Assembly (NCBI GenBank): GCA_951406725.2
Contig: OX597822.1
Span: forward strand, 75,268,001-75,332,000
Direction: 5' to 3'
DNA length: 64,000 bases
DNA from: Octopus vulgaris
Taxonomy: Eukaryota
Shown: piece by piece, positions 29,051 to 44,825 of the stretch
Layout of the letters: each line of letters starts with the position of its first letter
Position numbering within the stretch: position 1 is the stretch's first letter
Position numbers and translations under genes: made by a program
The notes under the pieces: model-generated
Database searches by the model: none
The model's input: only the letters and a program-made list of their open reading frames with translations
Told to the model about the DNA's origin: nothing

Positions 29051-29678
29051 TATTTAATGCTTCTCTTGGTCCTGTGATCGCCTATAATATTAGTTCTGTT
29101 AATATAATTTTAAAATAGTAATTCCAGATGACACCAAAATTAACAATATGTTAGCAAATTAATTTTAGGGAATTATATTTTACTTCTCGCGAATTGTTAG
29201 CCCTTGTATAGAGAGTATTTCTCACTGGTGAATGTAATTTGATTTCGGCGCAAAACGAATCAGTTACAGATCAGACTTCAATACAGGTAATTGGGTCTCT
29301 TATCATGGTAACACGTGCTGATGACATTGAGGTAATTTAGTTTGATTTATTTTGCCAGTATAGAAACCGATCCACATGAGTCCTTATACTTAAATGTACG
29401 TTGAAAGATTTTATTAACCTAATTTGGCAATTTGAATAATTGTTTTGACTATTATTTCCAGCAGGTAGACATACTTAATATGTCCTTTAATTACTTTTAA
29501 TTTGAATTCTTCAACTATTTAATGCTTTTATTGGACCTACGATCGTCTATATTATTAGTTCTGTTATTATCATTTTTAAAATAGTCATTCCATATGATAA
29601 CAAAATTGATAATATCTTAGCAAATTAATTTTCGAGAAATATATATTTTTCTTCTCACGAATTGTTTGCCCTTCTATA
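29051..29678 (+). mobile_element. Retrozyme/Penelope-like direct repeat, ~465-bp period, with HHR
   Basis: 29051-29210 matches 29516-29678; HHR core at 29312-29378. Confidence 0.7.
29312..29378 (+). ncRNA. Type I hammerhead ribozyme, slightly decayed
   Basis: cacgtg-CTGATGA-long helix II (ggtaa/ttgcc)-GAAAC-cg-ATC-cacatg; likely decayed from GAAACCGGTC. Confidence 0.55.
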
Positions 29679-29689
29679 TGTCCATATAT

Positions 29690-29890
29690 ATGTGTACCGT
29701 TGGCGATTTTATTCCTCCGTCTTCCCTTCTCTGGATCTTTCCTTTTCCTGTGTTTCTGGCGAAGAGCTCCGCTCGAAATGTAAAACCCTCCTCCTTCCTT
29801 TCCTTCCTGAGCGTCCAATAATACTATATTTGTTCCACGTCCTCGCGTTGTTGTGTTTTCTCTTTGTGTTTTCATGTTTGGATCAACTTT
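29690..29890 (+). mobile_element. Penelope-like terminal repeat with decayed minimal HHR (29752-29786)
   Basis: gttt-CTGGCGA-agagc/gctc-GAAAT-GTA-aaac; paralogue at 39520-39725. Confidence 0.6.
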
Positions 29891-30024
29891 ATATATATAT
29901 ATATATATATCTTAAGAAAACAGGATATGGAACAAGAACGCATCAGGCGACAACAAAACATCCGGACAGCTAGACGATACAAAAAAGGACAGGAAAAAAC
30001 AAGGACGGGTCATTCGGAGCTTCC

Positions 30025-30600
30025 TAGTCTATTTGCCAACACAATGTGGCAGTCCTACACAGGACGATGCTACTAATTTTCACCCCCAGGAAAACATCTT
30101 TTCTAGCTAGCTACCGACATACGGTCTGAGTCTATATAGTGTGAGCAAGGGGATTTATTGCTTCCTTTCTAGCATTAGCGATACCTGTGGAACAATGGCT
30201 TCTGGGTTATTTCTCTTCCTCAGTAGAGGACAATCGCCGGCTGGAGATGGCAACCACTCGACCTTGCTCACAGTTTATACTTTTAAAGTGATACACAATC
30301 GCTGATCTCGTAAAGAGAAAAACTAGTTTTAAATCTCTGAGCGAGGAATATGTAGTGACAATACGGAACAGTAAAGTCTATTTGCCAACACAATGTGGCA
30401 GTCCTACGCAGGACGATGTTACTACTTTTTAGCCCCAGGAAAACATCTTTTCCAGCTGGCAACAAAGTGTTCTGTATTGTTATTACATATTTCCCGTTCA
30501 GAGATTTAAAACTCGTTGTTTTTCTCTTTACGAGATCAGCGACTGTGTGTCGCTTTAAAAGTATATATTATGAGCAAGGTCGAATAGCTGCCATCTCTAT
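30025..30600 (-). mobile_element. Second locus of the ~350-bp retrozyme-like family, with a terminal inverted duplication
   Basis: agtctatttgccaacac at 30026 and 30375 (349-bp period); degenerate HHR at 30178-30237 (minus); 30470-30598 is the reverse complement of 30243-30369. Confidence 0.75.
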
Positions 30601-31182
30601 GTACATACACATACACACACATAGATACACACGCATATATATATGTACATACACATGCACATGCAAACGCACATGCATATATATATATATACATACACCC
30701 ACATATATTTATATACATATATGTATGTATGTGTATATGTACACATACATGGATATATAGATATTTGTGCATATATTTATACACACACACATACAAACAC
30801 ACACGTATGTGTGTGTGTGTGTGTGTGTGTGCGTGCGAGTGTGTATCACTGCATGCATATAAACACATGCTGTGATACTGAAGAGGCATACAAATATGTA
30901 TTTATACATATACATCCACTCATGCATACACACAAATACATACATACACACAAATACATACATACACACATACACACACGCACAAGCCCCCCATACTCTC
31001 CCATGCACATGCAGGAAATCATATACAAAACTTCCATAGAGCAATTTCTTGCTAACCTTGTCCCAATTTCCTAATGATAGTGCAAGAATCGCAAAATAGT
31101 TCTACAATAATTTGCATCATTCTAACATAATGAAGTCAGAAACGATAGATCAATATGGAAATATAAAACCACCACCACCACC

Positions 31183-31270
<88 letters not shown>

Positions 31271-31310
31271 ATAATAATAATAATGATAATAATAATAATA
31301 ATAATGATAA

Positions 31311-31608
31311 TAAAAAAGATGGGCTACAGCAAATATTCTGCTCAATGCCATAGATTTGCTTGTCAATTGTTTGACCTTAAGCAGTTAAACATATCCCTTA
31401 ATGGCTGACGATATGTTCATCTCTGACCATGAGCAGAAGTAGTGGGGGAGCATCATAGCCATGTGTTGAGGGGAATTCTTTGGGGTTTGGATAATTCACC
31501 TCTGGAAGCACGGGTGTTTCGTTTAACATCCTTAAACAAACCTCTATTCAGGGACCTTTTGAGTAGGATGTGCTACTCGACCTGATGAAAATTCTAACTG
31601 GGCCCCAC
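31311..31608 (+). mobile_element. Internal part of the 5S-headed SINE family
   Basis: Reverse complement of ~40697-40990. Confidence 0.8.
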
Positions 31609-31770
31609 TATTAGATCGAATCTAGTACGCAACTGGTACTTAATTTATCGACCCTGAAAGGATAAAAGGCAAAGTCGACCTCGGCGGAATTTGAACTCAG
31701 AACGTAAAGACAGGCGAAATACCGCTAAGCATTTCGTCCGGCGTGCTAAAGCTTCTGCCAGCTCCGCCTA
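31609..31770 (-). mobile_element. SINE family A
   Basis: Reverse match. Confidence 0.85.
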
Positions 31771-32544
31771 AGCGTCCATAAAATATTGCCACTTCCGAAG
31801 TATTGTCTGGCCTGTACCAGACTGCGTCTTTTATTGAAGTACTGCTTAGTCAGGCGATGGTCTTCATTGATTACTCGTGTCCGAAATTTCTTGGATCCAC
31901 ACATGGCAGACCTCTCAATGCGGTGGTTGGACTAACACGTATTTGCGACAATGAAATAACGCCACTTTGATTGCTTCAGGTGTACTGAATGTATGATATA
32001 CACAGTAACGGTTGTGATTCCCTGTTCCCCTGCATGACCGTATCATCTTTGAAGTGCTGCTATTCTCTTCATTGATCACCAGTGGTCGAGTATGAAAGCT
32101 TTCAACATTTCCTCTCCCATTTCCTTTCTTTATTTCTTCCTAATTTTTTCTTTTATTTGTTTATCTATTGATTTCTCCATTCGTTAACTTCTTCTATTGC
32201 AAATGCTAAACGGCTGTCAAATTTGATGAACGAGCTATCAGGTATCACATATAGTTTGGCATTTATGTGCGTATACGCACAATATGTAACCAGTTATCTG
32301 ATCCATTACATTCCAAAGTTCGCCATAATGTGGAGATCATGTTAATATACGTATGATCCAAAGAGAAAGATGCAGAGGCTGCATTTCTGCAGAATACGTA
32401 TAATAATTATGTAGCCAAAATAAAATAAAGTAAAATGATGACAAAATGGAAGAAGCAGAACAAGAAGAGTTCACAGGATGTGCGACGAAAGGGCTTTGAC
32501 AAAGAAATTAAAATAATAATAATAATGATAATAATAATAATAAT

Positions 32545-32594
<50 letters not shown>

Positions 32595-32605
32595 TGATAA
32601 TGATG

Positions 32606-35260
<2,655 letters not shown>

Positions 35261-35301
35261 TTAATAATAGTAAAAATAATAATAATAATAATAATAATAA
35301 C

Positions 35302-35349
<48 letters not shown>

Positions 35350-35653
35350 TAATAATAAAGCTGAATTAAGACCAAGAATATCGTGAGTGTGTTTTAATTG
35401 GTAAAATATGAAAATTCTCAGTTATAATAATATGTTTCGACATCCGATTTCCCTTCAAGAATCTTGCAAAAATGGAATACAGACGTAAAATAAAGTAGTT
35501 TTATTCAAAATTCATATCCGTACTACGTCAAGTAATTTATTATGTTAGTTACCGTTAGAGGTTATGGTTAACAAAATAAACAAATATCGTAAAGAAGAAT
35601 AGAACTGATAATTCTTAGTTTGAAAGCTGATTCAACGGAGAGGATTTATAACT

Positions 35654-36061
35654 CTCTCTCCTTTCTCTTTTACTTGTTTCAGTCATTTGACTGCGGCCAT
35701 GCTGGAGCACCGCCTTTAGTCGAGCAACTCGACCCCAGGACTTATTCTTTGTAAGCCCAGTACTTATTCTATCGGTCTCTTTTGCCGAACCGCTAAGTGA
35801 CGGGGACATAAACACACCAGCATCGGTTGTCAAGCGATGTTGGGGGGACAAACACAGACACACAAACATACATGCACATACATATATATACATATATACG
35901 ACGGGCTTCTTTCAGTTTCCGTCTACCAAATCCACTCACAAGGCTTTGGTCGGCCCGAGGCTATAGTAGAAGACATTTGCCCAAGGTCCCACGCAGTGGG
36001 ACTGAACCCCGAACTATGTGGTTGGTGAGCAAGCTACTTACCACATAGCCACTCCTGCGCC
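35654..36061 (-). mobile_element. SINE family B, full length, with TSD tataact
   Basis: TSD at 35647-35653 and 36062-36068. Confidence 0.92.
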
Positions 36062-36712
36062 TATAACTAGATAAATTTTCCAAGCGGTTTAAATGCACAA
36101 ATCTTCGATACTAAAGTGGCTATGAAGAGTCAGCAGAAAGAAACCCAGGTATCACGAACTGGATGCGACCGGTTCCCAGAGTGTAAGAAGTTACGGGGTG
36201 GAACACTTGCCTGTGGTGGGGGTTCTTCGCTGACGACCTCCTGCTCTTCAGCTCTCGAGTGCTTCTCACCGCTAAGTAGCTTTTATTCAAAATTCATACT
36301 CGTAGTGCATCAGCAGACGATCATCAGATAATTTCTTGGGTTAGTTACCTGTTGGAGTTTATGGTTAACAAAATAAACAAATACCGAAACGAAAAGTAGA
36401 AGAATTAATAAAAATGCTGACATAGAATCTGCATTACATGTTAGAAAGACCGGAGATTCCAGTCTCGGAGGTGTATGGCTGATGACTTGTGAGATATTAA
36501 TTAAAATACGGTAGGTAGACATTTTCGTAGCAGTGGAATCTAATTTTCACATTCACTGGAGTAATTAAATTATTAATCTCAATTTATAATTGGGCTGCGT
36601 AGGCTTTTTGAATCCTTATAAATTTGTTTTTGTCGTTGGTTAAACTTTGTTAATGCATACAGTATATACATTTTCTTCGATAATTATATTACAAATACAA
36701 AGTACTCTTGTG

Positions 36713-36757
<45 letters not shown>

Positions 36758-36883
36758 TATATATATAATATGTATATATATATATATATAATGTATATAT
36801 ATATTATGTATAAATATATATATGTATATATATTTATATATATATGTATATATATTTATATATATATATTTATATACATATAC

Positions 36884-36939
<56 letters not shown>

Positions 36940-37161
36940 GCTCACACACGCACATACGCGTTCGTACAACCAGACATGAATTCACCCATACCTACACACA
37001 CCCATGCGCACACACATATATAACGCAGACTGAATAAGCTGACCTAATAAATTATATATTGTACACGACTGAGGTTATGAATGTCTATATTCTAACGCAC
37101 ACACATGCATACAGACTATCTCTCTTTCTTTCTTTCTCTCTCTCTCTCTCACACACATATT

Positions 37162-37217
<56 letters not shown>

Positions 37218-37351
37218 AGTAGAGTTGATTACAAATAAGTTAATGGTTATAAAGTTAAGAGAGCGGTATGTTTTATAGCATCGTTTTATCGATCTCTAAC
37301 ACATACACACACACAGAAACACACACAGACACACTCATTCACATACTTACA

Positions 37352-38975
37352 TACAGAGGTTATACAAAAAATGGAAACACCTTAAATGAAAGTTTTATTA
37401 TTTAATACGGAGTTGGTTCACCTTTGATACCAATCACTGCTTCGAGAAATAACTCGTAAATGTTTTGAACGCCTGTTATGGAAAAATTTTATGCCGTTCT
37501 AAAAGTAAAGCCTGCTTTAGTTCTTTCAATGACGATGGCACAGGGAAACGGGGTTCTTTGTCGCTCGCTGCTCTAAAGTGCACTATAAATATACGATTAT
37601 AGTGAAACCCGGTTATTGTGGTGGGAACCAGTCCAGAAAGTCTACTATACTTTTGTGCCCGGATCTTTACCTTTTGACCGACAGATTTAAAAAATGATTT
37701 TTTTGTAACTAAACTCTTTCAAATTTCGTATACTGGTAGAATGTGTCACATAAAACATCTTTTACTCTTGGCGTTGTAGAGAAAATTCTGTATTTTGGAA
37801 GTTATTTTTTGTTAAAGTTGTCGTATTTCGGTAATTTCAACCACTCAATGACGTGTATTCATCAATAAAATTACTGCTGTTGTTTGTCAACAACTTCCGG
37901 CGGTGTATATTTCGTTTGTCACTGTTATTTATGACATCGTTCGTGCGTTTGTACTGGTTTTAGTGTACGAAATTTGAAAGTGTTTAGTTACAAAAAATTA
38001 TTTTAAAAATCTGTCGGTCAAAAGGTAAAGATCCTTGTGCCCCTCGTACCAATTTTGAATAACATTAGCCGGGTGTGGGAATCGTGACATCGTCCTGGAA
38101 GATTGCGCAACCATCAGGGAACAATGTTTGTATTATATGATGGAGATAATCAGCCATATTATTCAGATAATCCTTGGCGTTAACTTTGCCATACAGAACA
38201 ACTACAGGGTCAAAAGAATTCCTTGATATGGCTGCCCAAATCATTACGGAACCACCTCCGTGCTTCACGGTAGGATCCAAACAGTCAGCGTTGACTGGAT
38301 TGCCTCCAGGCATAAACTCTCCTCGAAATGGGATAAGTGGTCAATGATGTTTCATCAGAGGTGGCATTATTCTGTGAAGACATTGACCAATTCCGATAGT
38401 CTAGATACCATTTTTGTTTACCCCTAATAATATTAATTACAACAGGAAGGGTTCAGCAATTGCAGTCCTTTCAGAGTATGCAGCTTTATGGATCACACAA
38501 CGAACGGTTTAGGTTGGTAGAGAATTGGCTAAGTGTGGTGTTTTGACTACACTATCAATTTTCTTGTAGTAATTCTCCGGTTCTTAAACACAATACGCTT
38601 CACTAGTCTGTAATACTTCTCTGTGAGCTTTGTCTTCTGTCTAGAATTATACTAGCCAGAGCTGGTGTTACGTTGGTTTAGATGCTAACAGGATTTTAAA
38701 ATATGTTCCGCCCGAAACATTAAACAGAATTTTAGTGATAGAAGCCTTTAGCGCTATAACCTAAAATCAGATAGATCAAGCATTTCAACTTATTATATAT
38801 ATCTGCAAAAAGAAAATAGAAAGACAGAGGACCATATTATGAAATACAAAGCAGACATACTGCTTATGAACAGAAAATATACAGACAAGAATAGTTCTGA
38901 AATTGTCGTATTGCTGAAAGAAAAAAATTGTTAAATAAAAAGACGTGTTTCTGTTGTTTTCTCCGTTTGTTGGTT
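37352..38975 (-). mobile_element. Degraded Tc1-like DNA transposon
   Basis: PTVKHGGGSVMIWAAIS...IFQDD (38065-38313); C-terminal GEPTPY* at ~37403-37422; TIR-like tacagaggttatacaaaaatggaaacac. Confidence 0.8.
37661..38034. mobile_element. MITE with ~70-bp TIRs and 8-bp TSD (Merlin-like), nested in the Tc1
   Basis: ggatctttaccttttgaccgacagat / atctgtcggtcaaaaggtaaagatcc; ttgtgccc on both sides. Confidence 0.88.
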
Positions 38976-39290
38976 ACCAGGATGGGGTATCCGACAGCGC
39001 AGAGAGATATAATTTAACGAGTTTGTGTGCACAAGATACACTTACAAAATAAATTCACGAAAACAAGTATTTTCCTGAAAATTATTGGGTTTTCAAAATT
39101 GGATTACGCTAATAGCCGTTCATTTGTAAAAGCTAGAAAATATTCAAAGAATTTGCGCGTGTAGATATGTAAGGGAATACACACACACACATACCTACAT
39201 TTATGCATGTGTATATCCGTATAGTTAATTATATGGATATTTATGTTGAGAGGTATGGGTTCGATTATCACGGGTACTAAGCCACACACA

Positions 39291-39345
<55 letters not shown>

Positions 39346-39354
39346 GTATATATA

Positions 39355-39725
39355 CACCAATTAATCTTCGGATTCTTTTTAATATGCTAGACCACTGGTT
39401 TTAATTGACTAATATCAATTTCTACCCTTAATTAATTTAACCCTGTCTCCACTCTTTTGGCTTTAAAAACCTACTTTGCTCTTGTTATCGTAAACTTCCG
39501 CCTTTCACCATGTGTACTTCGTAAACACCAGTCGTTTTTTTTTCTCCCTCTTGTTGCCCACCTTGGGATCTTTCTTTCCTCTCTCTTCCTTCTTTATGTT
39601 TCCGACGAAGAGCTCCGCTCGAAACGTCATACCTTCCTGCTTCCATCTTTCCTGAGCGCCTATTAATAATAATACTGTAATTGTTCCACGAATTGTTGTT
39701 TTTTATGTTTTCCCGTTTGGATTAA
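39355..39725 (+). mobile_element. Penelope-like terminal repeat with decayed minimal HHR (39598-39632)
   Basis: gttt-CCGACGA-agagc/gctc-GAAAC-GTC-atac; same family as 29690-29890. Confidence 0.6.
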
Positions 39726-39914
39726 AAAAATATATATATATAATATATACATATTCATATACATACACACATACATACATACATACATATATATTGTGTG
39801 TGCGTGAAAGCGAGACAGGAATATGTGTATATATATGTGCTGATGTGCACAATATACACGTGCACGCATGTGTGACACACATACACATTCGCACTCACAC
39901 ACATGCACACACAC

Positions 39915-39947
<33 letters not shown>

Positions 39948-40008
39948 TGTATGTATGTATGTATGTATGTATGTATGTATGTATGTATGTACGTAAGTAT
40001 GTATGTAC

Positions 40009-40084
<76 letters not shown>

Positions 40085-40680
40085 AATACAATATCGTGAC
40101 GTTGTTGATTGAAGATATTGTGTCTATCGGGGGTTCATACTGTTTGTCAAGGCGCAACAAGGACCTCAGACTGACAGTACTTTACGCGATATGCCTGCAG
40201 TTCGAAGTAATGCCCACTTTTGAAATACATCAAGATTGCAGAGTATTAGTACAAGGTTTCAAGATGTTTTTCCACATTGGGTGGAATTGAACCCAATGTT
40301 TCGATAACAATAGGGATAACCCTTATGTTTGACTCTCGTAGCTGCCACATCTTAGCGATCTTAATTCTCAGGTCTCCATATTTGTCAACATTTTCTCTTT
40401 CTTTCATGACGATATGTTGATCTCCTGGCACTACCACGTCGATTATTAAGCTCTCTTGTTTGTCCCTCGTAAAAGTTACTATATCCGGCCTTCGGTGCTC
40501 TAACACCTTATCTCTCCTGAAATCAAAGTCCCAGAGGATTTTTGCCTTTCCCTTTTCGTCCATTACTTTTTCCGGCGTATGCTGGTACCAGGCACCCGTA
40601 ACCTCATATCCATACTTACGGCATAGTAGCCAGAGGAGATTTCGGGCTATCTTGCCGTGTCTACGCTCGTACTCTTTCTA
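40085..40680 (-). mobile_element. 3' fragment of a second Dong/R4-like family (REL endonuclease)
   Basis: KILWDFDFRRDKVLEHRRPDIV..IIDVVVP..KYGDL..PIVIETLG. Confidence 0.85.
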
Positions 40681-40681
40681 T

Positions 40682-41215
40682 TATCATGAAAGAGCAGTGG
40701 GACCCATTTAGAATTTTCTTCTGGTCGAGTAACCAATCCCATTCAAAAGGTCTCTGAATAAGGGTTATTTAAGGATGCTGAATGAAACACACATGTTTCC
40801 AGAGGTGAATTATTCAAACCCCAAAGAATGTCTTACAACACATGGCTATGATACTCCTCCACTACTTCTGCTCGTGATCAGAGATGCACATATCGTTAGC
40901 CACTATGGGACATGGTCAACTGGTTAAGGTCAAACAACTGACGAGCAAATCTGTGGTATTGAGCCGAATATTTGCTGTAGCCCATCTTTTATACCAAGAC
41001 AAAATAATGTACATGATAACACTTCCAATCAGTGAAGATCAGAAGCCACAAGAGCCACTGCCTAGTACTGGATCAGGGCATAAAGAAAACTTGGTATGAT
41101 TACAGCAGCTAGGTTTCCCAAGCGGTCACCCATCTAAGTACTAGCTAGGCTCGATGTTGCTTAACTTCGGTGATCGGACGGGAACCGGTACTTTCAATAT
41201 GATATGGCCCTAAGC
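40682..41215 (-). mobile_element. Candidate 5S rRNA-headed SINE (SINE3)
   Basis: 5S-like head joined to a ~400-bp body that is repeated at 31311-31608. Confidence 0.6.
41098..41215 (-). rRNA. Diverged 5S rRNA copy (pseudogene or SINE head)
   Basis: Reverse complement reads gcttagggccatatc...ccgatcaccgaagttaagcaac...agtacttagatgggtgaccgcttgggaa; 118 nt. Confidence 0.85.
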
Positions 41216-41216
41216 T

Positions 41217-41274
<58 letters not shown>

Positions 41275-41914
41275 GTTGTTGTTGTTGTGGGTAGCCTTTT
41301 ATTATTATCCATTAACAAATATCTTTTTGCTATTGTTCCTGGTAGTTTTCATATTACTGTTAATTTAGTTCTGAAGAAATTTTAATTGAAAATCTTCTTT
41401 TCATTAAATAAACATACTTGCTATCATTCTTTATATTTGGAAGCGAAAAAATATATCAACACTTACATTTGGTGGTTATATTTAAAAAAAAAAAAAAGAA
41501 TATATATATATATATATATATAGTCGTTAATCAATAGATATCTTAATAAGTATTTGAAAATGAAAATAAAAATAATGAAAGATATAAAAAAATACAAAAA
41601 TGATTTCAGTAATGTGAAAAATATAAAATTAAAAAAAAACATAGATAATAAAAATAAAAATTAAGAAATAACACCAGCATAAAATAACACATTCTAACCG
41701 CTGTGTATGTGTGTGTGTGTGAAGGCAAGCGATCAGGTGTGAATGTGTACCGATGTGTGAATGAAATTCAGTGAATTTTCGTAAATGTTTGGAAATTCTA
41801 TTAAATAGCCATTGAGCATGATCAAGCTGGCCGACAGCGACTTTGATCTGTTGGTATTTTGTATTTGTGGTCTTTGGTAGGCAGCCTAGAAATTGTTAGA
41901 AGAGACTCAGACAG

Positions 41915-41952
41915 CATCATCATCATTATCAGCATCATCATCCCCATTATCC

Positions 41953-42011
<59 letters not shown>

Positions 42012-42060
42012 TTCATTATTATTAATGTTATTATTTATCACTTAGTAATTATAACTTTTT

Positions 42061-42111
<51 letters not shown>

Positions 42112-42133
42112 CACTACCACCACCACCACCACC

Positions 42134-42167
<34 letters not shown>

Positions 42168-42213
42168 TTACTACTACTACTATTACTACCACTACTACCA
42201 CCACTATCACCAT

Positions 42214-42258
<45 letters not shown>

Positions 42259-42280
42259 CACTACCACCACCACCACCACC

Positions 42281-42314
<34 letters not shown>

Positions 42315-42360
42315 TTACTACTACTACTATTACTACCACTACTACCACCACTATCACCAT

Positions 42361-42427
<67 letters not shown>

Positions 42428-42470
42428 GTTAGTATTACTATTACTACAATTATTATCATTGTTGTTCTTA
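41915..42470. repeat. (ATT)n/(CTA)n/(CCA)n tract with a ~150-bp internal duplication
   Basis: Directly visible. Confidence 0.9.
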
Positions 42471-43045
42471 TTATTAATCGATTAGCGTGTGTATATTTTA
42501 AGTTTATTTGTATATTCTGTATTTGATCCTCTGATGGTTCTCTCTATTAACCAACCCTCCCTTGTAAACATTTCCTATGTTTATTCTGGTAACATTTTTT
42601 TTTCTTTCTTCCCATGAATGATGACAAAAAAAAAATTATTCGAACAACAACAACATAATAAAAAAAAGAAAACCATTACAACAACGGCAAAAATCTACGT
42701 ACACTGAAAAAAAAAAACCTCCCCAAAAAACAAAACACGCACAAAAATATACAACCACATATAAATGCTGGTTCGATGTAAAAAAAAATAAAGACTGACA
42801 AATTCACAATAAATATATTTTCGTTTTTTTTTTTTTCCGGTTTTTTTTTAATGTTAAAATACAATTAGTCCATCTGGACCGAATTGATTTGAAAGTTCAA
42901 CAAAGCAATTTCTGTTATTTAAGACGAGGTTTAATTCAGTGAGTTTAAGTACAATTTGTGATAATTTGTTTGTCATTTGTTTGTATGGAACGAAGACAGA
43001 TTTCTCTCTTCAAAGCACATTGTAGTTAAATGTGTCTCAGAATAA

Positions 43046-43146
<101 letters not shown>

Positions 43147-43374
43147 CGCAAGCACACACACGCACACACACACACACAAACATATGTCTATATATATATA
43201 TATGTTTTTCTCTCTCACACACACACATAAATATATGTATATATATATATATAAACAGAGAGAGAGAGAGAGAGAGATAATGATGCAAATAAACGAATGG
43301 ACTTGATATATAGAAAAATATACATACATACACACATATATATATATATATACATATATACACATGTAAATTAT

Positions 43375-43463
<89 letters not shown>

Positions 43464-43523
43464 AAAAAACAAAAAAAAACTAAAGATATTCTGAAGATGA
43501 ACATTCTAGTAGGTGTGTATGCA

Positions 43524-43566
<43 letters not shown>

Positions 43567-43985
43567 GCACACACAGACACACGCACATACACACATATAT
43601 GTATGTATACGTATGAAGTAAATCACTCACAGATCATATAGAATTCTCTTATAACAGTCAAGTCTAAATCACAGTCTCAGAAATGACATATTTAGAACCA
43701 TAAAGAGATCGTAAATTCGATGTTTTCAATTGTCAAAACCCAACAAAAATACACCCCAACAACAGGAAAATAAAACGAAGGAAAGCAACATTCTATGATT
43801 AGTCTGATGTCAATTACAGCCTCTACGTAGACATCCGAAAAGAGCAAGCTAGCAAAATTTGATCTTATGCATTGTCTCTATTAGTCATGGTGTGTAAATG
43901 GCTTCTAGACAGAAAGTGCGTTTTTACTCTTTGTGTCTGCGCGCGCGCGTGCGTGCACGTAGACAGAGATAATGTATATGTACAG

Positions 43986-44016
<31 letters not shown>

Positions 44017-44056
44017 TGTATGTATGTATGTATGTATGTATGTATGTATGTATGTG

Positions 44057-44318
44057 CGGAGGCGCGTGGCTTAGTGGTTAGGGTGTCAGCATCATGATCG
44101 TAAGATTGTGGTTTCGATTCCTGAACCGGGCGACGCGTTGTGTTCTTGAGCAAAACACTTCATTTTCACGTTGCTCCAGTCCACTCAGCTGGCAAAAATG
44201 AGTAACGCTGCGATGAACTGGCGTCCCGTCCAGCTGGGGAACACATACGCCATTGAAACCGGGAAACCGGGCCCATGAACCTGGCTAGGCTGTAAAAGGG
44301 CGCATTTATTTATTTTTA
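44057..44318 (+). mobile_element. tRNA-derived SINE with V-domain-like 3' part, inserted in (TATG)n
   Basis: A/B boxes; ctgcgatgaactggcgtcccgtccag...gaaaccgggaaaccgg shared with 51038-51105. Confidence 0.8.
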
Positions 44319-44328
44319 TATGTATGTA

Positions 44329-44364
<36 letters not shown>

Positions 44365-44382
44365 TGTATGTATGTATGTATG

Positions 44383-44825
44383 TCATTATTCAGTTTTACT
44401 TCAAGATTTCTTACCAATAGAGAAAGAGTAGGTTTCTAACCTAGATCTAAGGCTCCTTCATTGGAATTTCAACATCAACAACTGTGTATTTTTGTATGTA
44501 TGTAGACGAGCAGATTTGTATGTTTTGCTTTAGGTATGTATTCTCATGCATATACTTGCATATCTAGACATGCTCATATATATTATGATATATATTATGA
44601 TATATATTATCACATATATATATGATAAACTTCTGGAAGGTTTTACAGATTTTTACAGTTCCAATGATGAATTGGATCCGTAGTTTTCGAATTAGATTTC
44701 TCCTTTCCAGTTTTGAGAAGCCTAATTTCTCAAGATTGGTATTTAGGCAGTATGTTACGTATCCCAGAGCCCTAATAATTACAAGTATAAATCTGAACTT
44801 GTAATCTGGATTGAGTAACTGCAGA
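44383..44825 (-). mobile_element. 3' end of the (CATA)n-associated REL element
   Basis: Paralogue of 21303-21905. Confidence 0.8.

Noticed and set aside
31770-32400. RTE-like relic on the minus strand (LQR*YGHA)
   Set aside because: Only a single short motif; insufficient.
41098-41215. Functional 5S rRNA gene
   Set aside because: Solitary, with multiple substitutions and embedded in repeats; kept only as pseudogene or SINE head.
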